From a virus: a stretch of DNA of 64,000 nt. Under the pieces are notes generated by a model. That model ran no database searches. It was not told the DNA's origin and worked only from the letters and a program-made list of their open reading frames with translations. Shown here in pieces: positions 1 through 7,535 of the stretch (position 1 is its first letter; the number at the start of each line of letters is the position of its first letter). The stretch is taken from positions 1 through 64,000 of IMG/VR virus record IMGVR_UViG_3300025132_007963, one strand, 5' to 3'. Both the position numbers and the translations under genes were made by a program.

Positions 1-327
1 TTCTTGTTTGATTATGTTCGTTATGTTCTTTTCGACCGAAATTTTTTTTTGTTCTAGCTTTTCTTGCTTTTCGCTTAGTTTGACTTTAAGCATTGATCTA
101 AATGATTCAAAGTCATCCTTATTCCAACCACCTTCCGGAGGTTTTATGTTTTGTGGCTCAGAAGGTCGAGTTTCCTTACTACGCGGGTCTTCCGGCTCAG
201 ATCCTTCCGGTGGAACGTTCTTGTCAGGTTCAAGGCGCCCAGCGGGCGGCTTCGCGGCGTCAGGGTCTGTCATACGGACTTCTTTGATCAATGATATGAT
301 ATATTGTTTAAGCTCAGATTTATTCAT
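1..327 (-). CDS. Hypothetical late protein, 3'-truncated by window edge (MNKSELKQYIISLIKEV...)
   Basis: Hand-translated open frame from ATG at 327 to position 1, not in ORF track. SD AGGAG and TCTATTTA motif upstream. N-terminus resembles that of 527..931. Confidence 0.7.
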   Translation of the reverse strand, partial: MNKSELKQYIISLIKEVRMTDPDAAKPPAGRLEPDKNVPPEGSEPEDPRSKETRPSEPQNIKPPEGGWNKDDFESFRSMLKVKLSEKQEKLEQKKISVEKNITNIIKQE

Positions 328-526
328 GGTGGGTGTCTCCTACAAAGTAAATAGAAGTAAATTGTAGTATATGAAAATTATTTTTGGGGTTTTTTTGGTG
401 GATGGGAATAACAGGCAGCAATTGTTTTTCTGAGAATTGTACTCCATGACCGGTTCGCAATCTTTTCCGGCGATAGAGCGCCATCTAATATGCGATCCAG
501 GTCACCAGGTCCTAATCTCATGATGG

Positions 527-931
527 TTAGTTGCGGCCTAACTTTGTAGCGTAAAGTGAATCCTTGGCTAGCGATTTAAGTATACGCTCTAGGTTCCCGA
601 AAGCAACCTGGATTTCATACCGGTTGCTGTCATCTATCCCTAATGCTTCCATATCTAGATTTAAATCGCGGTCTAATTTATCCAATGTTTTTAGAGCGCC
701 TTTTAATCGGCTAGCTAATCGCGCAGCCATCTTAAGGTCTTTGGGATCTTCACCTTGATAAGCAACGTCTTGTCCGGACAAACGCGATGCAGCTTTGGCT
801 GCGCCCTTAGCTACTGTAGCTGTACCGGACTTTGCTAGGCCGGCTAGCTTTGCCCGTGCACGATCTAAAAAGCCCTCTTCGATTAGCGCTTCTAGGATCA
901 TATCTCTTAATTCTGATTCTTTTATTTTCAT
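527..931 (-). CDS. Hypothetical late/virion-type protein (MKIKESELRDMILE...)
   Basis: 134-aa ORF, SD GGGAG, ACTAATTA motif at 960-967 upstream. Confidence 0.75.
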   Translation of the reverse strand: MKIKESELRDMILEALIEEGFLDRARAKLAGLAKSGTATVAKGAAKAASRLSGQDVAYQGEDPKDLKMAARLASRLKGALKTLDKLDRDLNLDMEALGIDDSNRYEIQVAFGNLERILKSLAKDSLYATKLGRN

Positions 932-1040
932 AATTTTTGGGGTCTCCCTTTTCTACACTTAATTAGTACCCTGTCTAATCTTAAATCTCTAAAAATTTCA
1001 TCGGGATTAAACATGTACTTAGCGCACCCCGTAGGACCCT

Positions 1041-1108
1041 AATGATTACAGGGACTTACATTGCCGGCCCGGGGGGAGGGGGGGTACCTATAAGCCACTG
1101 AAATCATT
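1041..1108. repeat. 18-bp inverted repeat (IHF-like arms) flanking a G6-A-G7 tract
   Basis: AATGATTACAGGGACTTA (1041-1058) vs reverse complement of TAAGCCACTGAAATCATT (1091-1108): 15/18 identical, 32-bp spacer. Confidence 0.8.
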
Positions 1109-1337
1109 AAGGAAAAAAGAGTGCTTTTGTTAACGCTTCTCTAACTGTTTGATATTATAATCTTTTTAACCCTCGCGAACTTTCCACGCCCTCGACCGTC
1201 AATCCTTTGGCGTCGACGGGTCGCGATCGGAGGCGTTAAGATATGCACGCCGGGAATTGTTGAGTGGTTGCGGCGGGTTACGATAGCATGCGCCGTTAAA
1301 CTTCTTACGTTCCCTTTGAAGCGTTAATAAATAATCG

Positions 1338-1366
1338 TTGACAAATGCGTCGTGATAGTGTATAAA
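1338..1366 (+). promoter_or_regulatory. sigma70-type promoter on plus strand, antisense to early transcription
   Basis: TTGACA-17 bp-TATAAA; no plausible ORF downstream. Confidence 0.6.
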
Positions 1367-1461
1367 GTCCCAAGCGTTCATAGAGTAACAATCCTAACCA
1401 TTAAAGGTAATTTAAAACTAACAATGCTAATGTGTTAAAAGGTTAACGACCTGTTAAACTT

Positions 1462-1518
1462 CTAACGCTTCTTCGTCTTGCTCCAAGCCTTTGATATCTT
1501 TCGGGTTTTCCTTCTCAT
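1462..1518 (-). CDS. 18-aa basic micro-peptide MRRKTRKISKAWSKTKKR
   Basis: ATGA overlap with the stop of 1515..1700 (translational coupling). Confidence 0.35.
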   Translation of the reverse strand: MRRKTRKISKAWSKTKKR

Positions 1519-1700
1519 GAGTAGTCGCCCTTTCTTAAGTTAGTGTCAAAGTCTTGGCGACCAACTAAGTCATTGGAATCACACCACTTTTGACGACCGT
1601 TGGCCCATTGCACAAGGATCTCGCGGCCTCCCCTTCTACGCTCCAGAATGATTCCGTTCTTCTCTTCTGCAAGTGTCGTGCTTTTACTAACTACGAACAT
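1515..1700 (-). CDS. Small SH3/KOW-like early protein
   Basis: GIILE...ILVQWANG...W pattern shared with the mini-gene family. Confidence 0.55.
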   Translation of the reverse strand: MFVVSKSTTLAEEKNGIILERRRGGREILVQWANGRQKWCDSNDLVGRQDFDTNLRKGDYS

Positions 1701-1703
1701 TTA

Positions 1704-1895
1704 TTAACCCCTTATGTCCATCAATTCTTGAGCGCTCAAAACAATGGTCCGCGCTGGTAACCTTTTTAAGTTTAGTTTCTTTCTGATAAGGTGTCGCGCT
1801 TGTGTGCTTGTCACCTTCTGACTAGTAGAGATAACACCCGACCACAAAAATGACGGGCTGTTATCGCTTCCTAGTCTATAGTAAAAATGATTCAA
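1704..1895 (-). CDS. Hypothetical early protein
   Basis: 63-aa ORF in tightly packed operon. Confidence 0.55.
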   Translation of the reverse strand: MNHFYYRLGSDNSPSFLWSGVISTSQKVTSTQARHLIRKKLNLKRLPARTIVLSAQELMDIRG

Positions 1896-1913
1896 TTATA
1901 GTACCCTCACAAA

Positions 1914-2186
1914 TTACTTCCGCGCCAAGTCGGAATCATTGGTCGTGATAAACTCTTGAAGGGTTCCGGGCTCGATAAGCTCGGAAATGAGGCGCTCCCA
2001 CTGGTTGGCGTATAGGGTGAGAGGAAATCGGGAGTTTAGGCCGTAGACGCTCACGGCTCCCTTGTTTGAAACCTTAACCCGGAGCATCTTCTTCTGCTCG
2101 GCCTTGAGGCGCTTAAGCTCGTCTTGCATGCTCTCAAGCTCTGCGATACGGGCGGCTAGTTCTGTCTGTCGGTTCAATGCGCTCAT
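1914..2186 (-). CDS. Conserved hypothetical protein (KVSNKGAVSVYGLNSRFPLTLYANQWERL family)
   Basis: N-terminal coiled coil plus recognisable conserved motif; SD GGAG; first gene after promoter 2256-2284. Confidence 0.75.
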   Translation of the reverse strand: MSALNRQTELAARIAELESMQDELKRLKAEQKKMLRVKVSNKGAVSVYGLNSRFPLTLYANQWERLISELIEPGTLQEFITTNDSDLARK

Positions 2187-2255
2187 GTGATGTACTCCAA
2201 AATTGAGCGTTTAAGTAGCGGGGGCGCCTTATTGCTTCCCTCACTTTCTTTATAC

Positions 2256-2340
2256 ATTATAGGGGAAAGTGTCCCCGATTGCAAGAAAAAAAAGCACAAA
2301 AAGTGAAAAATCGTACTTTCTTAATGATCTCAAGGACTTA
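2256..2340 (-). promoter_or_regulatory. Early promoter cassette (38-bp class)
   Basis: TTGCAA(2279-84)-17-TATAAT(2256-61); motif AATGATCTCAAGGACTTA at 2323-2340. Confidence 0.85.
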
Positions 2341-2529
2341 GAGCGTGTCATAATCCTCGAGGGCCGTCTCTCTGAGTAGTTCCGTTGATTCGTCATCATA
2401 ACAGGCAAACCCGCGACCTTCCAACCACTCTATAAGCTCATCGCGATTCATGCTCTCAATTCGTCCGCGCTCGGTATAGATGAATCGTCCGGTGTGTGTT
2501 TCTGCGTATGGCATTTGATGCGCTCCCAT
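2338..2529 (-). CDS. Hypothetical acidic early protein
   Basis: 63-aa ORF; its TAA is the end of the IHF-like motif. Confidence 0.6.
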   Translation of the reverse strand: MGAHQMPYAETHTGRFIYTERGRIESMNRDELIEWLEGRGFACYDDESTELLRETALEDYDTL

Positions 2530-2569
2530 AAAATTATTAATTAATAGATTCTCGAATGATTACAAGGGT

Positions 2570-2842
2570 TTAGCCGTCAATGACGTCTGCGTGTTGCCTT
2601 GCGTAGCCTACATGTTTTGATGTGGTCATGGACTGGAAGCCATGGCGACCGCTGGCGCTATAGTCTCGTAATACCTTAACACCGCGTGCGGTTTTGGGGT
2701 CTTCTACGGTGTCACCGATTAACAGCGCGTAAGAGTACAAGCGCTGGCCGTCGGTCCAAAACTGGCCCCCGTGGTTGCTGGCGGCTTCATTGTGTCGCCA
2801 ATGCTCGGCAACGTTTCGGGTCTGGGTTTTCTTCAATCGCAT
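2570..2842 (-). CDS. Hypothetical early protein (LYSY motif); start corrected to MRLKKTQ
   Basis: SD AAAGGA before ATG 2842; longer track ORF runs through the promoter. Confidence 0.7.
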   Translation of the reverse strand: MRLKKTQTRNVAEHWRHNEAASNHGGQFWTDGQRLYSYALLIGDTVEDPKTARGVKVLRDYSASGRHGFQSMTTSKHVGYARQHADVIDG

Positions 2843-2875
2843 GGGGTGTCCTTTCGTTTCCTCGATTGTGTAAAC

Positions 2876-2960
2876 ATTATACGAAAACACCGGGGAAAAG
2901 TCAACAAAAAAAAGCAAAAAAAGTGAAAAAACGTAAAAAGTTAATGATTTCAAGGCGTTA
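2876..2960 (-). promoter_or_regulatory. Early promoter cassette (38-bp class)
   Basis: TTGACT(2899-2904)-17-TATAAT(2876-81); motif AATGATTTCAAGGCGTTA at 2943-2960. Confidence 0.85.
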
Positions 2961-3191
2961 GCCGTCAAAATCAACGTCGTGGATAGGGTTTCCCCATTGG
3001 CACACAAATTGATCGATTCGATCCTGGCTCAAAGCGTCGTGGTCATGGCGCCCTGCCTCGAAAAAAGGAATCAAGGACACGGGCACACCTAGAGATAGAG
3101 CGCTTCCAACTAGAGCGCCGGCACGGTGACACACACCAAGCTCCCATGCGTCGTCTTCATGCTCAACGTGAAATTTCATCCAATCGTTCAT
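2958..3191 (-). CDS. Hypothetical early protein
   Basis: 77-aa ORF, SD AAGGA, promoter upstream. Confidence 0.65.
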   Translation of the reverse strand: MNDWMKFHVEHEDDAWELGVCHRAGALVGSALSLGVPVSLIPFFEAGRHDHDALSQDRIDQFVCQWGNPIHDVDFDG

Positions 3192-3226
3192 GCTGTTTTA
3201 TCCTTTTCGTTCTTGGTTATGCATGC

Positions 3227-3255
3227 ATAATAGCATGCTTGGCCGTAGCCGTCAA
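3227..3255 (-). promoter_or_regulatory. sigma70 promoter without a clear upstream motif
   Basis: TTGACG-17-TATTAT with upstream A/T tracts. Confidence 0.7.
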
Positions 3256-3403
3256 GTACTTTTTAAAGAAAAAAGCAAAAAAAATTCGCGGCGAAAACCG
3301 CCGCAATATCCGGAGGCTCCCAACTTCCCCCGGCTGAACATAGCCTTAACGCTTACGCAACCACAAGCGGATCCGCTTTCTGGCCTATGCTCCCCACTAG
3401 ATG

Positions 3404-3634
3404 TTAACCGTTCAATGCCTCGCGAGCATTCACACCGGTTAAAACGTGCTTTGCTCCATCATTCATAATGATATGAGAACAAACAAGGCCCGGTCTCCGC
3501 TGCTCAAGCCCAATGGCCTTGATGTGATGCGGTGCAATGCCATGTTCAATCTCGAATGCGATCTGTCTGCTCAATTGCTGGCTCAATTGCAACATCTCTT
3601 TTTTCTTCTCTTGGATTGTCATTTTTCTCTGCAC
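3404..3634 (-). CDS. Hypothetical early protein
   Basis: 76-aa ORF downstream of promoter 3722-3750. Confidence 0.55.
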   Translation of the reverse strand: MQRKMTIQEKKKEMLQLSQQLSRQIAFEIEHGIAPHHIKAIGLEQRRPGLVCSHIIMNDGAKHVLTGVNAREALNG

Positions 3635-3721
3635 TTTCTTTTTTTTCCGTGGATGTTTTTTTGTTCATCCGGATTATCGTTGCTAGGTCCCACATATTTT
3701 TGTTTCCTTCATCGTGTATAT

Positions 3722-3806
3722 ACTATCGCACGATTTTTTGTTGGCGTCAAGAAAAAAAATGCTTTTTTTTAAAAAAAATGATTAATCCAATAAATTCCTA
3801 GACTTA
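3722..3806 (-). promoter_or_regulatory. Early promoter cassette (38-bp class, degenerate motif)
   Basis: TTGACG(3745-50)-17-GATAGT; AATAAATTCCTAGACTTA at 3789-3806. Confidence 0.6.
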
Positions 3807-3968
3807 GCGATTTTATAAATCATAACAAGCTCGATAACCTTAAGCGCAATATATAGACTACTAAACACCAGAAAGAAAAACATCATTTAAACAACCCCAC
3901 AATCTTATGACCAATACTCATGACACCCTCAACGCCGATGGCATCACCTAACAAAAAACAAAAAACAC

Positions 3969-4205
3969 CTACAAACAAGTATTGCATTGCACCGCCTTCA
4001 TATTATCCTTATGCACTAAGATGCGCTCGCCATTAGTAGTTAGCACTTTGAATACCTCACCAAAATTAATCAACTTGTATCCAGACTGGCCACGTTTTGC
4101 TAAGCCAAGTACAAGCCCGTAACGCCCATGAAAAAAGATTCGCTCAGCTGGTTTAGCGCTGGACCAATCCCAGATCTGAATCATATCACCTTTTTTTACT
4201 TGCAC
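3969..4205 (-). CDS. KOW/SH3-like mini-protein
   Basis: MQVKKGDMIQI...GLVL...VKV. Confidence 0.7.
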   Translation of the reverse strand: MQVKKGDMIQIWDWSSAKPAERIFFHGRYGLVLGLAKRGQSGYKLINFGEVFKVLTTNGERILVHKDNMKAVQCNTCL

Positions 4206-4404
4206 TGAGCACCTTATCTACTGCAAATATCGAAACCTTGCGACCCTCTGCAGTCATCCATGAGCATGCTGGTTTGCAGTCATGACGGAAATGCACAACC
4301 AGATTACGCACCGTTGATTCGGGGTGACCTGGATGCATCATCTCACGTGCTAACACAATACCCTCATAGCCGCCGCGAACCTCTATTAAATCACCGACTT
4401 TCAT
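4186..4404 (-). CDS. KOW/SH3-like mini-protein
   Basis: MKVGDLIEV...GIVL...VVHF. Confidence 0.7.
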   Translation of the reverse strand: MKVGDLIEVRGGYEGIVLAREMMHPGHPESTVRNLVVHFRHDCKPACSWMTAEGRKVSIFAVDKVLSASKKR

Positions 4405-4591
4405 TGATCACCTCTAAGTCATAATTCCAGACATTATGCCCTATTGTACCATCTTGCCATGAAATGTCAAACACTTTATTACTAGATGTGACACCGCATA
4501 GTGGATCAAACACTTCTCGGAGAATCACACCAAGCCTCTCTTCAGCTTTGCGGTTTGGATAGATATCCTTAATCATATCACCGATTTTCAT
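4391..4591 (-). CDS. KOW/SH3-like mini-protein
   Basis: MKIGDMIK...GVIL...ISW...LEVINESR. Confidence 0.7.
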   Translation of the reverse strand: MKIGDMIKDIYPNRKAEERLGVILREVFDPLCGVTSSNKVFDISWQDGTIGHNVWNYDLEVINESR

Positions 4592-4706
4592 ATGTCCCCT
4601 TATGCTTTATTTTTCGAGTATACTTTTTTTTGTCACGATGAGCTTTAACGCCACCACCATGACGTAACACCAGCGCAACGGCATATGGATTTCTGATCTG
4701 TTTCAT
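4578..4706 (-). CDS. 42-aa basic protein MKQIRNPYAVALVLRHGGGVKAHRDKKKYTRKIKHKGTYENR
   Basis: Hand-translated; SD AGGAG; first gene after promoter 4735-4763. Confidence 0.75.
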   Translation of the reverse strand: MKQIRNPYAVALVLRHGGGVKAHRDKKKYTRKIKHKGTYENR

Positions 4707-4734
4707 TTCCGTTGCTCCTCTCGACTACTTTTAA

Positions 4735-4819
4735 AGTATCGCACAAAAAAAATTTTCGCGCAAGAAAAAAATCGCGAAATCGACAAAAAAATGAAATCCC
4801 GAATAATATCAAGTACTTG
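4735..4819 (-). promoter_or_regulatory. Early promoter cassette (38-bp class)
   Basis: TTGCGC(4758-63)-17-GATACT; AATAATATCAAGTACTTG at 4802-4819 contains a perfect WATCAANNNNTTR. Confidence 0.75.
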
Positions 4820-5051
4820 CGTCTTGTGCATCTTTTATATGATTTTGCTCATAAACTGATGATAACACAAAGACAATCGATGCTTCTTCTAGTGATAAGT
4901 TTTCATCTTCTAGCTTTTGGTGTATCTTTTCCTCATCATCGACGTTTAAGATATACCATGCTAACCTTTTCAACTTAGGCTTGTTTTTATGATAGTCCTC
5001 TCTAGTCACTTGATAGTGTCTCTGCAAACTCATACACATAGGACATTGCAT
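4809..5051 (-). CDS. Hypothetical protein
   Basis: 80-aa ORF ending inside the IHF-like motif. Confidence 0.5.
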   Translation of the reverse strand: MQCPMCMSLQRHYQVTREDYHKNKPKLKRLAWYILNVDDEEKIHQKLEDENLSLEEASIVFVLSSVYEQNHIKDAQDAST

Positions 5052-5157
5052 ATATACTGGTTACAAATACTAAACCAATTGTAGCGCAACTAATATCGAT
5101 TAATTTATTTTTAACGTATCTCTTCATGTAATAATTATATTATGATTCTTTTTTTAT

Positions 5158-5421
5158 TTAATCGATCCGTCGCTTAAGTGGGTCATAACAAACGTGATCT
5201 TCAAAACAATCGCGAAGACGACGATAAACAATATCATCGGCATCTCTACAATAAGGCCTCTCATAATAGCCGGCTGGATCGCAGATTGTTAATGTAACAG
5301 TGCCGGTGGTAGTTTTATCACAGTAGTACTTTGTTTCTTTATATTCCATGTCCGTGGGGTCGCAAAAGCTAGCATCACAAGCAACCGATAAACACGCGAT
5401 GACAAAACAAATAATTTTCAT
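5158..5421 (-). CDS. Small Cys-rich putative lipoprotein (start corrected to MKIICFVIACLSVAC)
   Basis: Signal-peptide-like N-terminus with lipobox-like SVAC, multiple Cys. Confidence 0.6.
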   Translation of the reverse strand: MKIICFVIACLSVACDASFCDPTDMEYKETKYYCDKTTTGTVTLTICDPAGYYERPYCRDADDIVYRRLRDCFEDHVCYDPLKRRID

Positions 5422-5425
5422 GCTA

Positions 5426-5575
5426 TTATTCCTTAGTTTCCTCAAACTTATCTTTCTCAAGCTCAACAACATCAACATCAAACTGTGTGTTGGTGCGATA
5501 CATAGAATATTTTTGGCCCTTTGTAACCATACGACGCTTGAGTGATGGGCGCTCGAAACCACTATTCCATCTCAT
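5426..5575 (-). CDS. Hypothetical protein (start MRWNSG)
   Basis: SD AAGGAG before ATG 5575. Confidence 0.5.
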   Translation of the reverse strand: MRWNSGFERPSLKRRMVTKGQKYSMYRTNTQFDVDVVELEKDKFEETKE

Positions 5576-5641
5576 AATATAATACTCCTTTTGTTTAAGT
5601 GTCAGACATACTAACACAAAAAATGTTTTTTTAAAATAGAA

Positions 5642-5833
5642 TTATTTATTGTTGTAGAATTTTTCCCAGCTAGTCTCAAAAGTATAGTGCAATGCCGTCA
5701 TGATGACGACAAAGGTTGCAGTCATGACAAGAGATCTTTGTATCTCCCCTAGAAACATATATGTTATCCCTACGCCTACCGTCGTAGATAAAACACGCCA
5801 TGCTATAACCTTTCGCACTATATCTTTTTTCAT
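5642..5833 (-). CDS. DUF2061-like small membrane protein
   Basis: K..AWR....T...and HY.FE..W motifs, two TM helices. Confidence 0.7.
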   Translation of the reverse strand: MKKDIVRKVIAWRVLSTTVGVGITYMFLGEIQRSLVMTATFVVIMTALHYTFETSWEKFYNNK

Positions 5834-5836
5834 ATG

Positions 5837-6046
5837 CTAGGTATTCTCGCCCTTTGGTGATGGGAATCTGCTATGGTCACCCATACCATCATAATCAGTT
5901 ATATCATTTGCACGCTCAATTCTTTTTACATCGCTATATTTTGATGTCGTAAGAGATTTAAACGTACTCCTTAACATAAGTATGATACTAGATGTGCCAA
6001 ACACCATGGTAAATACTTTTACAAACTCTAGTAAATTACTTGACAT
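5837..6046 (-). CDS. Small membrane-anchored protein (DYDGMGDHSRF motif)
   Basis: N-terminal TM segment, SD AGGAG. Confidence 0.6.
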   Translation of the reverse strand: MSSNLLEFVKVFTMVFGTSSIILMLRSTFKSLTTSKYSDVKRIERANDITDYDGMGDHSRFPSPKGENT

Positions 6047-6048
6047 AT

Positions 6049-6219
6049 CTACTCCTTGTAATGATTAGCCAGACCCATCAAAGTAGGCGCCCAAAGACCG
6101 ATAAAAATACCAAACCTTTCTGCATGTGCTGGGTCGCCGTCGCCAGCTGTTACCCATGCTCCAATTGAACACGCAACCGATGCCAATGAGGCAAAGAAAC
6201 AAAACTTAGACAAATTCAT
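6049..6219 (-). CDS. 56-aa two-TM protein (ERFGIFIGLWAPTLMG)
   Basis: Hand-translated; SD AAGGA. Confidence 0.65.
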   Translation of the reverse strand: MNLSKFCFFASLASVACSIGAWVTAGDGDPAHAERFGIFIGLWAPTLMGLANHYKE

Positions 6220-6251
6220 ATTAACTTTCCTTTCTTAATAAAATATGATTG

Positions 6252-6324
6252 TGGGCCACCCCGGACTCGAACCGGGAACCAGCGGATTAAAAGTCCGATG
6301 CGCTGCCAATTGCGCCAGTAGCCC
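6252..6324 (-). tRNA. tRNA-Lys(UUU)
   Basis: Cloverleaf GGGCTAC/GTGGCCC, anticodon loop CTTTTAA, TTCGA T-loop; no encoded CCA. Confidence 0.95.
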
Positions 6325-6374
6325 CCATGGTGGCCTTTTATCGTGACGTGCCAAGGTCACTTTTTTATTTGTAC

Positions 6375-6461
6375 CTACTTCTTTGAAGGAGGGTTGTTAT
6401 CTCTACCACCACCACTAGGGTTACCAGTAGTGGATGGCCATCCACCGTTATTGTTACTCAT
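6375..6461 (-). CDS. 28-aa peptide MSNNNGGWPSTTGNPSGGGRDNNPPSKK
   Basis: Hand-translated; ATGA-coupled to upstream micro-ORF. Confidence 0.6.
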   Translation of the reverse strand: MSNNNGGWPSTTGNPSGGGRDNNPPSKK

Positions 6462-6553
6462 GGACTGTAATCCCAGTCTTCAAAATAACCAAAGTCTTCG
6501 TAATAATCTTCATCATCACTTCGACCGGGTACGCTACATACGAACTTATTCAT
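6458..6553 (-). CDS. 31-aa acidic/aromatic peptide MNKFVCSVPGRSDDEDYYEDFGYFEDWDYSP
   Basis: Hand-translated; SD GGAGG. Confidence 0.6.
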   Translation of the reverse strand: MNKFVCSVPGRSDDEDYYEDFGYFEDWDYSP

Positions 6554-6636
6554 ATTATAATCCTCCATGATTGTTAGAATAAGCGTGGTTTATTTAAAGA
6601 CAATTTCCACAAAATGTCTTGTCTATCTGCGAGTGA

Positions 6637-6825
6637 TCAGCTCCGGATAGGTTGACGAAACAGTGAGCAAATAGAACAAGGCTCTGCCCCAAACATATTT
6701 GCTATCAGTTCACCGCTTGCAAGAGCCGCTGGCTCCTGTAGGCATACGCGTTTTTCCACTTTTCTGACGGTTCCCCTTGCTATTTCGATTTGCTTACTAT
6801 AGCACAAAATCCCCTTGTGCGTCAA
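6637..6825 (-). CDS. Hypothetical protein
   Basis: 62-aa ORF in operon context. Confidence 0.4.
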   Translation of the reverse strand: MTHKGILCYSKQIEIARGTVRKVEKRVCLQEPAALASGELIANMFGAEPCSICSLFRQPIRS

Positions 6826-6833
6826 GTAATATT

Positions 6834-7028
6834 TTATTTAAATTCAATAATTTTTGCCTCCGTATTAAACTCTCCCCTAACGAGGAAAATCTCCGGATCA
6901 CCATCTGTAAATCTAGCCTTGACCACATGATTAATGTGTTGTGGCTGATATGTATCTGGCGCAGTCATGGTTTTGAACTCTACGACAATTCCAACTCTGC
7001 TTCCATGCTTTACCGTTTTTCCTACCAT
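6834..7028 (-). CDS. KOW/SH3-like mini-protein
   Basis: VGKTVKH...VGIVVE...VKARF. Confidence 0.6.
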   Translation of the reverse strand: MVGKTVKHGSRVGIVVEFKTMTAPDTYQPQHINHVVKARFTDGDPEIFLVRGEFNTEAKIIEFK

Positions 7029-7357
7029 GATATGTTCCTTTCTACATAAATATCATATTCGCAAGGATCGCCCTCACGTTGGACATCATCATCAGATTCG
7101 CCCACAATTACCATTCCAAACTCGCCGGTGTTGTCATTTAGCTGACTGAGAAAATTATTAAACAGCTCAATTTCTGGATAGCATTCATACCACTTGATGC
7201 TATCCCAGAATATCTTATTTGTATCTTTGTATTCGTTCACATCTGCATCTCTAAACAACTCCTTAAGATTTTCATTGCCAGAAAGCTCGACGTATGCCGC
7301 CAATGCTTCAAATACATTGTCATTCATACCAATACAGACTTGAGATCTATAACCCAT
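7022..7357 (-). CDS. Phage hypothetical protein (MGYRS... / VIVGE.DDD family)
   Basis: Recognisable termini typical of phage early proteins. Confidence 0.7.
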   Translation of the reverse strand: MGYRSQVCIGMNDNVFEALAAYVELSGNENLKELFRDADVNEYKDTNKIFWDSIKWYECYPEIELFNNFLSQLNDNTGEFGMVIVGESDDDVQREGDPCEYDIYVERNISW

Positions 7358-7535
7358 TACTTACACCCCTTACACACATAACCGCCCCACTCTGGCTTTC
7401 TTGCATTAGGGAAGTATTCATTGCAATACAGGCAATCGATGCCATAGATGGTTTCACCATTATAATAACCTGTTTCTCTATCAAACTGTAGTCTATTTGA
7501 CCTTTGAATAAATCTAATTCTAGCCTTACCTGCCA

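Noticed and set aside
378-521. 47-aa ORF MRLGPGDLDRILDG...
   Set aside because: Possible KOW-like start but no clear SD or family motif; insufficient support.
1199-1381. 60-aa minus-strand ORF in the junction region
   Set aside because: No SD, overlaps the plus-strand promoter, no motif; treated as non-coding.
2843-3007. Extended N-termini of track ORFs (2570..3007, 9855..10277, 49328..49804, 49838..50674 and others)
   Set aside because: The extensions run through promoter or terminator elements; downstream starts have good SDs.
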